Shown one piece after another: positions 23,110 to 36,715 of a stretch of DNA of 64,000 bases. A program made the translations under genes and the position numbers. The notes under the pieces were generated by a model. It made no database searches. It was given only the letters and a program-made list of their open reading frames with translations, and was not told where the DNA came from. Each line of letters opens with the position of its first letter. Within the stretch, counting starts at the first letter, position 1. The DNA is from Eledone cirrhosa (Eukaryota), in contig OZ024742.1 of assembly GCA_964016885.1 (NCBI GenBank), positions 175,026,001 through 175,090,000 of the forward strand, given 5' to 3'.

Positions 23110-24588
23110 GGCGAAGGCTAGACGGAAGATCGCATGCACGAAGTCTGGTCTGAAGTACGCATGCGCGAAGACTGTTTCGAAGTGCGCATGGGCGAAGGCT
23201 GGTCCGAACTGCGCATGCGCGAAGGCTGGTTCATACTGCGCATTCGCGAAGCTTGATCCGTAATGCGCATGCGTGAAGTCTGGTACGTAATGCGCATGCG
23301 CTAAGGCTTGTCCGTACTGCGTATGGGTGAAGGCTGGTACAAAGTGCGCATGCGCGAAGGTTGATCCGTATAGCGCATGCGCAAAGGCTGGTCCGTACTG
23401 CACTTGCGCGAAGGCTGGTCCGTACTGCGCATGCGAAAAGGCTGGTCCGAAGTGGGCATGCAGGAAGTCTGGTCCGAAGGCGCATGCGTGAAGTTTGGTC
23501 CGAAGTGCGCATGCTCGAAGTCTGATGCAATGTGCGCATGCACGAAGTCTGGTCCGAAGTGCGCATGCGCGAAGTCTGGTCCAAAGTGCGCATGTGTGAA
23601 GGCGGGTCCGTACTGCACATGCGCGATGTCTGGTGCGAAGGTTGGTCCGTACTGCGCATGCGCGAAGGATGGTCCGTGCTGCGCATGCGCGAAATCTGGT
23701 CCGTACCTTGCATGTGCGAATGCTGGTCCTTACTATTAATGCGCGAATGCTGTTCCGTACTGCACATACGCAAAGTATGGGCCGAAGTGCACTTGCACGA
23801 AGTCTGGTTCGAAGTGCGCTTGCGAAACCTGGTCCGAGGTGCGCATGCGCGAAATCTGGTCCGAAGTCCACATGCGCGAAATCTGGTCTGAAGTGCACAT
23901 GCGCGAAGGCTGGTCAGAAATGCGCATGCGCTAAGGCTGGTCCGAAGTGCGCATGCCCGAAGTCTGACCCGTACTGTGCATGCGCGAATGCTGGTCCGTA
24001 CTGCTCATGCACGAAGGCTGGTCCGTACTGCACATGCGTAAAGTTTTGTCCGAAAGTGCGCATGCGCGAAGTCTAATCCGCAGTGCGCATGCGCGAAGGC
24101 TGGTCCGTACTGCGCATGCGCGATCTGGTCCGTAAATTGCATTCGTGAAGGCTGGTCCGTACCGCGAATGCATGACGGCTGGGCCGTACTGCGCATGCAC
24201 GAAATCTGATCCGAAGTGTGCATGCGCGAAGACTGCTCCGCACTGCGCAAGCACGAAGGCTAGTCTCCGTACTGCGTATGCACGAAGGCTTGCCCAAAGT
24301 GCACATGCGTTAAGGCTGGTCCAAAGTGGGCTTGCACGAAGGCTGGCCGAAGTTCGCATGTGAGAAGGCTGGACCGTACTGCGCATGCGCGAAGTCTGGT
24401 TCATACTCTGCATGCGCGAAGGCTGGTGAGAAGTGTGCATGCGCGAAGGCTGGTCCGAAGTTCACATGCGCAAAGTTTGCTCCGTACTGCGCATGCGCGA
24501 AGGCTGGTCCGAAGTGCGCATGCGCGAAGACTGGTCCGTACTGCGCACGCGTGAAAGCTGGTCAGTACTGCGCATGCACGAAGGCTTG
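23110..24588. repeat. 27-bp GC-rich minisatellite, about 55 units, each with TGCGCATGCGC
   Basis: Consensus TGCGCATGCGCGAAGGCTGGTCCG(TAC/AAG); flanked by (TA)n. The 9-codon period explains the many ORFs here. Confidence 0.97.
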
Positions 24589-24719
24589 TATATATAAATA
24601 TATATACAATATATTTCTATTCTCCAACTATTGATTTTCTTCATCTATCCAATCCCCTCTTACATATTCCAGCACTGTCTTTTCACCAGCACCTATTCAC
24701 CCGCCCACACACACACACA

Positions 24720-24755
<36 letters not shown>

Positions 24756-24756
24756 C

Positions 24757-25098
24757 ATCATCATCATCATCATCATTTTACGTCCGCTTTTCCCTGCTTG
24801 CAAGGGTGGGACAGGAACTGATTCTGGCTTGATTTCTACAGCTGGATGCCCTTCCTAACACCAACCTCATTTACAGTGAGTGCTGGGTGCTTTTTTCCCG
24901 TGGCACCTCCACGACCACTTTGCAGTGGAATGATATGGACCCCAGTCCCTATCATCTCATTTCTACAGCTGAGTAAACTGGAGCAATGTGAAATAAAGTT
25001 TCTTGCTCAAGGAAACAACACATCACCCGGTCTGAGAATTGAACTCACAACCTTTTGATTGCAAGGCCAATGCTCTAACCACTAAGCCATGTGCCTCC
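24757..25098 (-). mobile_element. tRNA-derived CORE-like SINE with RTE-derived tail
   Basis: Head GGAGGCACATGGCTTAGTGGTTAG..GAGTTCAATTC, CCTTGAGCAAGAAACTT core, GGAAGGGCATCCAGCTGTAGAAATCAAGCCAG tail as in the RTE 3' UTR, and (GAT)n end. Confidence 0.85.
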
Positions 25099-25262
25099 TA
25101 TATATATATATATATATCTTTCAGCTTTTTTTCACTAATCCTTTTGTTACTTTATTTCTAAAGAAAAACACTATCTATTATTTTCAAAGGTTTTTGAAAT
25201 TAATGAAGAATTTGAAGGAAATTTTCCTTATTAAGCTAATGATTGGAATATAAAATTATAAT

Positions 25263-25448
25263 TGTTTCTACTTTTGGCACAAGGCCAGCAAATTACCCAG
25301 TGCATTACTGGTACTTTTATTTTATCGACCCCGTAAGGATGAAAGACAAAGTCAACCTCGGCGGGATTTGAACTGAGATCGTAAAGGGACGTAACTATGC
25401 TGGAAAGCATGGCGTCCGACCCTCTACCGATACTGCCAATCCACCGCC
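25263..25448 (-). mobile_element. SINE family A, full length
   Basis: TAAAATTATAAT duplicated on both flanks. Confidence 0.9.
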
Positions 25449-25976
25449 AATGTAAAATTATAATGCAGTGATTTTAGAGAAATATAAACACTTTAAAATA
25501 AACAATCAGAGGCAGTTTCAGGTGGTTTGGAATCAAACGATTTGATGTAAAATGGAAAATTGTATCATTTGAAATACCTTAGGTAAAAAATTAAAAAACT
25601 ATTCAGATTTGTTACCTCAGAAACGTCTGAAATGACATTTTCCACTCTTCAACTAAATTTGTGGCTTTGTGCCTACATAAGAAATCTACAAAGCATTTGA
25701 TTAAATGCCTTAACATTGGTCTAGCTATTAGCACTCTATGTTTGAATCCTACCAAAGTAAACGGTGCATTTTTTCCTTACAGGGGCAATAAAATAAAGTG
25801 TCAGGCCTATATTGGGGGTCGATGTAATTGACAGAGTATTTCATTAGATGGAAAAGGTTAACGTTTTTATATTTATCTAATCAACTTTTATCATAATGTT
25901 ATGTAAGAACTTTGGTTAAAATATGATCTAAACCCCAGATAAATTGGTGACTTTCATTAGAAATATGATGAAAGTA

Positions 25977-26238
25977 TTAAACCTTTTGATGCCAAATGTT
26001 TTGAAACCATCCTCGTTCTATGATACAACACTATTTATTTTCAAGTGTTATATTTATCTAAAGACTTTACATAATAATTCTATGTAAGAAACCTTGTTAA
26101 ATTATGCTCCAAACTTCAACAAAATAATAAGAAAGTGAGTTACATTAATAAATCCCTCCAATTACTTGATTATTTTCAAAATTGTTTGAAAATCACAGAC
26201 AGTGATTTGCATTAGAAGAATGGAAATGAAAGGGTTAA
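25977..26238. mobile_element. Older piggyBac-like MITE; representative of many decayed copies (near 14620, 15150-15650, 25140, 28640-29080, 39840-40160, 48130-48480, 60270)
   Basis: TTAA(A/C)CCTTT..AAAGGGTTAA ends and the shared internal motifs AAGCTGGTGTTTGGAACAT and TTCTTACATAAAATTATGATAGAAG. Confidence 0.6.
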
Positions 26239-26704
26239 TGAACTCCTATAGTAAAAACAGCATTGTATTGCTTTTTGTTTGTTTGCTGGGTTTTCTATCA
26301 GAATCTATAAAGGCATTGCTGCAAATATGAGGTGTCAACAGCTTAAAGCAACTAATGAAAATAACAACAAGTCAAATAATATGGAAGACAAATGAGCTAA
26401 AGAGGTACTATAATCCCTTTAGTCTCCACAGATTTCTCTGTTAAAAGCTAGGATTAGCAGATATGGAAGTCTACATCCTTCGTCTATAGGAATTACCATT
26501 TCATTCTTGAGAATAACTTGATTGTCATGGAAATACTCTGGAGATAACCAGATCTAATGGGCAAAGAAGGTATTGGTGGATGAAATTTACTGTCAAGAAT
26601 TGGGGATTATAGAAGATTTAAAATGTTTAGAGAAACATTTAAATGGATGCATAAACTAATTAGAATTTACACTTGGATATATATACACTTTGTAAAATTG
26701 CAAT

Positions 26705-27415
26705 GATGGTGACATAACATACATCCAGTCCACTCAGTAAAATGGCATTGCTGGTGTCATAATAAAATACTCTCAGTGCACTCTGTAAAATGGCAGATCT
26801 AGTGTCATGATAAAATTCACTCAGTACACTCTATAAAATGGCATTGCTTCAACTGTGATACAAGTCACTCAGAACACTGTAAAATGGCAGTGCTGGTGCC
26901 ACAATTAAATGCATCCAGTACACTATCTAAAATCTCAATACCCATACCACAACAAAATGCATCTTATATGTTCTATAATATGGTAGTACTTGTGCCTCAA
27001 TAATACTCCTTCAATGTGTAAAGTGGTAGTGCTGTTTTCACAATAACTTTGACTACTTTCCAGAGTGAGCAGGGTGCATCTAGTTCACTCCGTAAAGTGT
27101 TAGTGTTGGTGCCATGATAAAATGCTCTAGTGTACTCTGTAAAATGTTAGGGCTTGAGACATGACAAAATACATTTAGTACAATATGTAAAGTGTGAGAA
27201 CTCGTACCACAATAAAATACACCTAGTACATCTTATAAAATAGTAGTGCTGGTATAACAATAAAATGTAACCAGTACACTGTGTAAAGTTATTAGCATTA
27301 GGAAGGAGATGCAGTCATAGAAACCATTTCAAAAAGGTTATCTGACCCATCATATCTTGGACCAGGACAACTCATCCATGCCAGCATGGAAAACAAATGT
27401 AAAATAATGATGATA
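26705..27415 (+). repeat. ~48-bp tandem array (about 12 units) ending in an RTE-type tail
   Basis: Same unit as at 16290; ends CCATGCCAGCATGGAAAAC..ATGATGAT. Confidence 0.85.
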
Positions 27416-27574
27416 ACTTACCAGTTTCTAAAGATAGAATTTCCTATTCTGTTCATGAAATGTCAAATGCTTTTGAAACTGAGCAAATAAGATTGTTTAT
27501 TTCTTAATATCCTGTGACGATTTAGCAGAGAATATCTAAAAATCAGTTTGTTAATTCAAATATTTTTATCTCTA

Positions 27575-28100
27575 TTAGTTGACAATTTATTATGAAAATT
27601 TGCATTAAACTAAAATAACAACTATAATTTTTACCAGGATAAAATCATAGTGCTGTTTTATATTACTCGATAATGTCTAGCTAATGTAGTTCATGTGGTG
27701 TGTTAATTCAAATTAATACTGTAGTGCTCGTGTAACAATAAAATATAACCAGTACACTATGAAAAATGATTTGCATTAGGAAGGACATGCAGTCATAGAA
27801 ACCACTAGTAGACAGATTTTTGTGAAAATTTTCAATAAAATAAAGTAAGCAGTTTGATTTTTAATGTAATGCAGATATAATGCTACCTAATACTTTTAAA
27901 GAATGCCTTGCTATTGTGGTTTCATGTGCATTGTTAATTCAAATGATATAGTATTTTTACTAATAAGCAGATTACTGTGAAAATTGGGTATATTAGAGTA
28001 GAGTCTTTACTTCCCAATGCAATGCAGTCATAGTGGTGTTTTGTACTATCAAAGATGTCTCATTAATGTGATTTGATGTGATGTGTTAATTTCAATGTTG
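27575..28100. repeat. Three diverged ~140-bp direct repeats
   Basis: ..TGAAAATT.. to ..TGTTAATTCAAAT blocks near 27575, 27806 and 27960. Confidence 0.55.
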
Positions 28101-29710
28101 ATAGGCAAATTGTTGTAAAGATTTACAGTAGTCTTGAGATGAGTAAATAATTCCTTGTGAGTGGAATTTGATAATGGAATCTGCAGAAGCCCATCGTGTA
28201 TGTATGTATGTGTGTGTTTATGTTTGCATCTGTGTCACAAAATTTAGAGGTTCCACAAAATAACAGTGATTCAATAAAACATGTACAAGATTTTAAGAAA
28301 GAAGTATACAATTAATCTGTTTATATCTCTTTGTCCATCAGAACTAATAGACGTTACAACCTCTCCTCATATACACAAAACTATTAATAATTTTACATGT
28401 CCTCATCTCATAAATTTAAATAAACTTAAAAATCTCATAATTCCATATTCTCCTAATCTTGATTAAATCAAGTTGGTGCTTCAACATATTTGCAGTCTGA
28501 GGACTGAAATGAGTAAAATAATAAGCACAAACACTGTGTGAATAACATTGAGCTATGAAATATTGGGAAATATATAAACACTTGCCCACTTGCTATAATG
28601 AAAAATAACATCACACACAGCAATGAGCCTTTGTTGTTAACCCATTCGTAACCATATTTCTATCAAAATATGTTAATTTTCTTTCAAATAATTAAGAAAA
28701 TAATCAAGAATCTCAAGATATTTTGTGATACTATCCACTTCTGATTCTATAAAACAAAATCACTCATATAAAAGAGTTCTTTGTTTAACTTAAAATCTTC
28801 TAACATAATGTGGTATAAGAACAATTTGTTAAGTTAAATTACAAATATTTTCTTGATAATAAAATAACTAAAAGTGTTTTGTAAACCTCTTAACGCTATT
28901 CATTAATCAATTGAAATAGAGTGTATGTCATTAGAAAGAGGTAAGCTGGTTTTTGGAACATTATTTCTGTAAAATTATGATGGAAGGTTTTTAGATAAAA
29001 ATAAGCATTTTAAAAGAAGCAATATTGTATTGTACAAGCAGGGGCGGTTCCAGATGGTTTGGTTTCAAAAGGGGTTAAGTGTGAACATTTTTCTATTTAT
29101 TTAACTGTCGAAAATCAGAGAGTTCTAATCATAAAAAATATAAATCTTCATTACAGCCACTTCTTAGTCATTAGGCTTGTTCTGCGTTACATGAAAATAT
29201 ATTTCTTTTTTTTCAACTCATTTATCGCTTAACTTCCAAATATGATTTAGTCATTCTATTCAGTTACTGCAACTATTAAATTGTATTCACCCTTAATCTC
29301 TTCCTATCTGTCTCCTATCAATTACTGCCATACTAAAACAAACACATATATATATACAACATAGTTTCCAAATGAACTCGCCCCTACTTGATTAGGCTGA
29401 AAATTCAGAGAAATTCAGTCATACCATGAAACAAATAAAGATTAATTGGAATTTCTTTCCTATTTTTCTTCCATGAAACACTTCTCAGTTCATAACTCTA
29501 TTCAGTTAACCATTTTGGGTTGATGGTGTTTATATTTATTTATTAAGATGGTTGGCATTGAGAAGGGCATCCAGCCATAGAAAACCAAGCAGAATATGGA
29601 TCATATGAGCAAGACATGTTCACTTGATCTGTCTGGTCACATAACATGACACCTCATCTAACCCACAACAGCATAGAAAATAGATGTTAGACATAGATAA
29701 TAATAATAAT

Positions 29711-29895
29711 TGTTTCTACCTTTGACACAAGGCCAGCAATTACCCAGTGCATTACTGGTACTTTTATTTTATTGACCCCGTAAGGATGAAAGGCAAAGTT
29801 AACCTCGGCGGGATTTGAACTCAGAATGGCAAGGGCCGTAACTCTATGCGTCAAAGCATGGCGTCCGACCCTCTACCGATACTGCCAATCCACCG
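29711..29895 (-). mobile_element. SINE family A, full length
   Basis: Head, B-box and GTAGAAACA end present; next to (TAA)n. Confidence 0.9.
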
Positions 29896-30368
29896 CATGA
29901 TGTATTTTGTTTACAGTTTACTCATGCATATGCGTTTAAATTTGACTGAAGCAATGGAAATATATGAGTAATTATGAGGTGAAACATATTTACATGAATA
30001 CCTAAATGTAGCTTCTTTCCCTGGGCAATCATCATAAGATATTGTGGTTTTAGAAATATTTCATCTTTCTTTTTGGTTTTACTGTTTTGTTTATGTTTAT
30101 TCATAAATTATTAGTTTATACTTGCAAGGCAAGCAGAAAGCAAAGTTATTAGTAAAACATTAAATAATTGCTAAAATATTTCTAAATTATCTCCTCGTAT
30201 TGAATATAAAGTAAATCAATTCTTTTATTCTTTTACTGGTTTCAGTCATTAAACTGTGGCCATTCTGGTGCTTTACCTGAAATTGATTTAGTCCATCAGA
30301 CCCAGCATTGATTTTCGTTTTTTTCTGGTATATATTTTAGCAACCTCTTTTTGTTACATTATAAGATA

Positions 30369-31345
30369 CTAGCAGAAAAACCACCCTTCAAATAAAATCG
30401 TAATTGAAAATATGCACTGAAATTGAAGAGAGACTGTGTTACACTCTCTTCTGTAATCAATAAAGTAATCCATGATACATTTAAAAAAGACAATATTATA
30501 TATAAACTGCATTAGGAAATATTAGCAACATAAATATAAACCTTATATAATGATGCAAATATATGAACGTTTATATAAGTGATGTAATAAGTGTTATAAT
30601 ATAATTGTTTCTAGTTTTGGCACAAGGCCAGCAATTAGCCCAGTATGTTACTGGTACTTTATTTTATCGACCCCGTAAGGATGAAAGGCAAAGTTAACCT
30701 CAGCGGGATTTGAACTCAGACCATAAAGGGCTGTAACTCTTTGTTGCAAAGCATGGCGTCCGACCGTCTACTAATACTGCCAATCCACCGCCCTTATATA
30801 ATAAGTGTTATAATATAATTGTTTCTACTTTTGGCACAAGGCCAGAAATTATCCAGTGTATTACTGGTACTTTATTTTATCGATCCTGTAAGGATGAAAG
30901 GCAAAGTTATCCTCAGCGGGATACTGCTAATCCAGGACGCTAATCAGAAGTCTTAACATTTGAAAATTTTAAAGAAGTGAATCTTGAAATAAGCAATAAA
31001 ATTATTTATATTTGATCAAGAGTTATGAAATTTAGAACATAAATTATGTAATATTCATTCATTATTTATTCAATTGGCAGTATCAGTAGAGGGTCGGACG
31101 CCATGCTTTGATGCATAGAGTTATGGCCTTTGCCATTCTGAGTTCAAATCCCGCCGAGGTTAAATTTGCCTTTCATCCTTACGGGGTCAATAAAATAAAG
31201 TACGAGTAATGCACTGGGTAATTGCTGGCCTTGTGCCAAACGTAGAAACAATTATTTATTCAAACTAATCCAACTTATTTTACAAACAGGATAACAAGAT
31301 ATATTCAGGACGCAGCCCCACACGCCTCCCTTTATTTTATTATGA
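30369..31345 (-). mobile_element. Helitron family H, copy D, with three family A SINEs (30606-30793, 30820-30935, 31074-31250)
   Basis: CTAG end at 30369; TSD ATTATTTATTCAA at 31061 and 31251; ATAAGTGTTATAATATAAT duplicated around the first SINE. Confidence 0.8.
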
Positions 31346-31409
31346 TAAACAGACACAAATGTAAATTAAGCCATGGATAGACACATGTATATTCACATCA
31401 ACATCACAT

Positions 31410-32835
31410 ATCATTATCATCATCAACATCTTACGTCTATTCTTCCACACTAGGATGGGTTAGATGAGTTGCCTGTTGTGGGCAATGCTAGGCCAGGTGA
31501 CCATGCCTTGCTCATAGAAAACTGACTTGGGCTTGATTTCTAAAGCTGGATGCCATTCCTAGCACCAATTTCATTTACATTGTGTACTGGGTGTTTTTAC
31601 CATGTACATCATCATCGATTTTATGTCCATTTTTCGATGCTTGCATGGGCTGGATGAGTCCTTCACAGCAAGCCACATGTCAATTTCCTTCATCATCTCC
31701 TCTGCCGGCTTTAGCAATTTGAAGTTAGATCTCACAACCTCTGCCCAGGTCTTTCTTGGTCATTCTCTACAGCGGCTTCCTTCCACTAAGATTTCCTGGC
31801 ATTTCATCACCCATCAGTCATTGTTCATGTGCATCACATGTCCATACCGACACAGTCTTCTCTCTTGTACACCACTTCAGATTCCTCTTAAACCTTGCTT
31901 CACCATCAGCTTATCCAAACTCTGCCTTTCTCTCACATTTACATTGCACATCCAATGAAACATGGTTGCTTCCTTTCTCTCCAGTCTATGTATGTCCTCT
32001 GCAGTCACAGCCCATATTTCACTACCATGCAGCATCACACTTTACACACAGGCATCATACAGTCATCCTTTTGTACATAGGAAGAAACCTTTTTGTTGTC
32101 AACAGTGGGAGCAGTTCTCTAAATTTGTTCCAGTCTATCCTTATTCTAACTATTATACTCTCAGAGCACACTCCTTCACTGCTAATTAAGTAACCTAGAG
32201 AGCAGAAGCTATCAACCATGTCTATGGATCCTTCATGTGATTGGTAAAAGGTTCATATCATTGGCACTCTTCCTGTCGATTACCCTGTGCATCTTCTACA
32301 TGCAAAGTACTCCATTCCTGTTAGTCTACTTGTTATCCCACTACATTTTTTGTGAACCCAAGATTTACATTGTATACATTATGTGGAGTTTTGCCTATTC
32401 CTTTCCTATATATTGAGCAGGGCCACTTCACTGAAGGAATCAAGGTCCTATCTTATTTCCTCATCACTAGCACTTTAGTTTTAGCTAAGTTTAATCTTAA
32501 CCCTCTTTTTATTCCAAATTCAGTTTCGATAATCGGAATTTATTTTCTAGTTATATTTTGTTTTCAGTTATAAGGACCAAATCATCTGCATTTTAAACTC
32601 CTTTGTTATGGCCTCCAGAACTATGATGAAAAGTAATTGGCTAAAAACTGGACCTTGATGAACTCCTACTTGTACTTTGAATTCCTCACTAAACTCATTT
32701 CTTACTCTCACTTTAATGACAGCTCCTCTGTACGTAATTTGCACTGCTCTCACAAGCCATTCATCTACACATAATTTCCTTAAGGACCGCCAGATAATAG
32801 ATTGTGGTACTCTGCCTAAGGCCTTTTCTAGATAC
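31410..32835 (-). mobile_element. Decayed RTE LINE (RT to 3' end) plus tail fragment
   Basis: LEKALGRVP..VDEWLVRAVQ..VGVHQGPVFSQLLFIIVLEAIT; homologous to 52124-53425. Confidence 0.85.
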
Positions 32836-33374
32836 ACACACACAAGCATATATATATGTGTGTGTATATATATATAAATATATATATAGATAGATGAATG
32901 TTCAGAAATGTGGAATATCTCAAATGCAGGAATATAGCCATGGATACACCTTTAGAAAATGGGCTAAAATATTCCTATATATGGAGAATGTGGACAGTAA
33001 TCACTACAGAGAATTGAACTGTGTACCTCTCAAATTCCAGCTGACTGAGTTAAACCAACTTAAATAACATTAAATTTCAGCACTTATCCCAAATTTGAAG
33101 AGTACAGAGTTTGATTGCCTTTAGTTGCTGCTGGCCTCTTTTCCCATTTACAGGAGTATTTTACCCGATTTTCTAAAGGTGTCTCCACAGATAATTTCTT
33201 GCCATCAAGATTTTCTACATTTCTAAACATTTCAATTCATTTGGTACTTCAATGTTTATTTACAATATATACACACACATATTTACAACACACACACACA
33301 TACATCTATGCAAAAAGTAAATGGAAACAACAAAGCAAACAATACATTGCAATGAAGAAATATATTAATTTAAT

Positions 33375-33875
33375 TGTTTCTACTTTAGGCACAAGGCCAG
33401 CAATTACCCAGTGCATTACTGGTACTTTATTTTATCGACCCCGTAAGGATGAAAGGCAAAGTCAATATATTAATTTAATGCTTAATGTAGTAGGAACATA
33501 GTCTTAATGTTTCAGACACTAGTTGTTCTTCAGAAGATAGAAAAAGAAATAAAAGATAAATAGAAACATATAGAGTGAGAAGAGAAAAGGACTGAAAAGA
33601 ATTGGAGATGAGAAAAAGCATGTGTATTCAGTCAGCCATATATATATGTATATAATAATGATTTCTAGTATAGGCACAAGGCCAGTAATTTGGAGGGAGG
33701 GAAAAGTCAATTAAACCGACCCCAGTGCGTTACTGGTACTTTATTTTAACGACTCCATAAGGATGAAAGGCAAAGTTAACCTCGGCAGGATTTGAACTCA
33801 GATCATAAAAGGCCATAACTCTATGCCATAAAGCATGTTGTCCGATGCTCTACCGATTCTGCCAATCAACTGCCC
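33375..33875 (-). mobile_element. Two family A SINEs (33375-33465 truncated, 33660-33875 full length)
   Basis: First copy has TSD ATATATTAATTTAAT; diagnostic motifs present in both. Confidence 0.85.
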
Positions 33876-35749
33876 TAATAGTAATAATGGGTATAAATCA
33901 AAGTTATAGTCGCAATATAGCAGATACCAGCCTCAAGGGTTTGAGAAGTTGATACATTTTCACCCAGAATAAACACAAAAAGTTAATAAAGTGTGACACC
34001 AAGAGTAAAGAGACCAAAAGCATGTTGCTGATATATAGATCGAACATTAACATATATACTTACATATACAAAGACAGAGAGAGTGGGGGTTGAATCGATT
34101 ACTCCGCTCAACCCTGGAAAAAGGACTTGGTCTGAAATATCAAGAAGTTCTTCTCCAGTCAGTGTGAGTTAGTCCTTCTCGTGCATTAAGTGATATTACT
34201 GCTATTAGCATTCAGATTTCCTCCTAATGTGTTTTTACAAAATAATGCATTGGTAGAGATATTAGAAGGTTGGTTTAAACATTTTGGATCTTGTTCTGGC
34301 TCTGGCTCTGATCATTCTGAATTCAAATTCCATCTCCTACTGACAAGAATTATGAATGACAGACAGTATTATTAATGGAAATATCAATGGAAGAATAATT
34401 TCCTTTGTTTTATCTGATGATCTTTTCATTTCCTTTGTATTTACAAATGAGTCTATAGAATTATATAAATGTATGCAGTTGTCTTTCTCCACCTCTTTAT
34501 CTACCCCCTTTCTCTGTCCCTCTCCAATCATATGTATGTTTATGAATGAGTGTGTGTGTTTGTGTGCATGAAGTCTCCTTGAGCAAGACACCTTACGTCA
34601 TGTTGTTCCACTTCACCCAGCTGTTAAAATATGTTGTACCTGTAATTCGAAGTGTCTGCCTTGTTACATTCTAGCATAATGAATTTGCCTGAGAACTATG
34701 TTGATCAAAATCAGCTGAAGTTTTCATTGTTTCCAATTAAGTGCCAATATAGCATTTCCCTATTCTGTTCTTCCTCTCTTAAATATGTTTCAAAACCTGA
34801 AACAGTCATGGTTCTGGTATTAGGTATTAAACATGCTATATTTAGTGTTAAACCTTTGGAAGTTTTATTGTTAACCTATGTTTCATTAAGTGTTTAGAGA
34901 CTGGTGGTGGTTATCTTTCCATTGATCTTATTATTGTTGTTACTAGCTGTCAGTTGCAAATACCATCAGTTTTCCTGTGACAGGAGGCAGGATTTGAACA
35001 GAGAATGTACAGAGCTAGAACAAATACAACAAAACAACATTTCCAACAATTTAACTATTCTGACTAGATTGGTATTTTATTTAGTGACATTGAAAGGGCA
35101 AAGTTGACTTTGGCATGATTTGAACTCAGAGTGTAGAAAGGGAGATTAAATACTGATGCATTTATTCCAATGCTCTAACATCTCTGATAGAAAAACAGTG
35201 TAGATATAACTATCATAAATATATAAATATACTATATTCTAAAGACGAGGTTAACAGTCCTGAAAATTATATTCTTACTAAGAATAACTCATCACAGACA
35301 TTTAGACATACAACTTTCTTTCTCTTTCCCTCTTTATATATCTATATTTATAGATAGACATGGATGAGCGGATGTAAAATGTCGGTGATATGTTTATATA
35401 TGTGTCTGAGTGTGTGTGTGTGTGTATATAGATAGAATGAATGTAAAATGACGATGGTAATATACATATACAATATATATATATATATAACTGACAGAAT
35501 GCACTGATATACAATGTCATATTCTAAAGATATTTACAGTGAACTATTGACATTTGTCTATTAACCCATGTCTTACATCCAAGCCACATCAGAAATATCC
35601 AGGCCAAACGATTGTGTGTGAGACAGGGGGATTATGTGGGTCAGTTGGCATGGGCTTATCATGTGAGGGGGATACTTGCCTAAAGTTCTAGTTCTTTTAT
35701 TATCTTCTATTACTTATAAGGAAATAACCATCATCATATACATGTATAT

Positions 35750-36112
35750 AGTGGTAAATGCAGTCAAACCACTGAAAAACAGACCTTCTAGATAGTGCCT
35801 TAACAACGTGGAACAAAGACTCTCTCAGCTTTACAGAATCCCTCCCTGCTGGCTCTAGGGATTCCTGGCACTTCTGGTCCTGCCTGAATCACCTCCGAAG
35901 TTTGGCTCTACAGCGACCAACCTCCAGAAATGAGGATATGCCACCGATGATGATTCCAACTGCCAATGCAATCACAAACTATGGAGTACCTTCTTGTTTG
36001 CCCCAATCCTGAAGATTCATGCATACTTAACGCTCTTGAAAGCTTAATACTCCAGGCAAGTCCCTGTGTGCAACACTAGATGGGTGTGGTGTAACGACTC
36101 AGCAAGAAAAAT
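35750..36112 (+). mobile_element. Decayed LINE 3' fragment, Vingi/Ingi-like
   Basis: Frameshifted WSCLNHLRS..TNLQK*GY..NCQC..QTMEYLLVCP resembles the W..LNRLR..KWG..CxC..QTM.HLL.C C-terminus. Confidence 0.45.
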
Positions 36113-36139
36113 AATTTGTAAACCATATATAAATTATAT

Positions 36140-36715
36140 GTATTTAGCACTGATTATTAAGGTACATATTGAGCAATTTTGAAATTAGGGCAACATTTCA
36201 CAATTTGCCTTGTATATTACCATCTGTGGGAGCCTGCAATTTACATCCGGCTAGGGCCTATTACCAGCTTTGAGGGTCTTTATTTTACATCAGAACTTGA
36301 CCAGCTTTGGCGGTTTGCATCTGGGCTGGCCTGTTACCAGCTTTGATGGTTTACATTTTACATTTGGACAGGCTTGTTACCAGCTTTGAGTGTTTATATT
36401 TTACATCAGAACTTGACCTGTTACCAGCTTTGAACTACATTTTTCATCTGAGCTGGCTTGTTACCAGCTTTGAGGAACTAGATTTTACATCTGGGCTGGC
36501 CGTTACCAGCTCTGAGGGTCTACATTTTACATTTGGTCTGAACCTATATTACCAGTTATTTGTGGGGTAGGCGTCATTACAATATACATCTGGCCTGGGC
36601 TTATTTCCAGCTTTCAGCAAAGATGGTTAGGGCTATGCCTTACATTCGACTTGGATATACTACCAGCTTTTGACCCTACAATTTACATATGGTCTAGACC
36701 TATATTACCAGATTT
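36140..36715 (+). repeat. ~42-bp tandem array (about 11 units) with a unique leader
   Basis: TTTTACATCTGGGCTGGCCTGTTACCAGCTTTGAG units; leader plus about one unit recurs inverted at 62020-62135. Confidence 0.8.

Noticed and set aside
23110-24588. CRISPR-like appearance of this array and of the 48-bp and 32-bp arrays
   Set aside because: Units are contiguous with no unique spacers, there are no cas genes, and the context is eukaryotic.
23032-24644. Many overlapping ORFs, up to 288 aa, with HAHFGP/CACAK repeats
   Set aside because: A 27-bp unit is nine codons and keeps frames open on both strands; frames shift at unit indels and there is no unique coding flank.
26310-26650. Possible decayed LINE C-terminal fragment; similar doubt at 61620-61960
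   Set aside because: Too degraded to assign by eye.
34108-34145. CCTGGAAAAAGGACTTGGTCTGAAA, resembling a hammerhead core
   Set aside because: CUGANGA is not present and there are no supporting stems.
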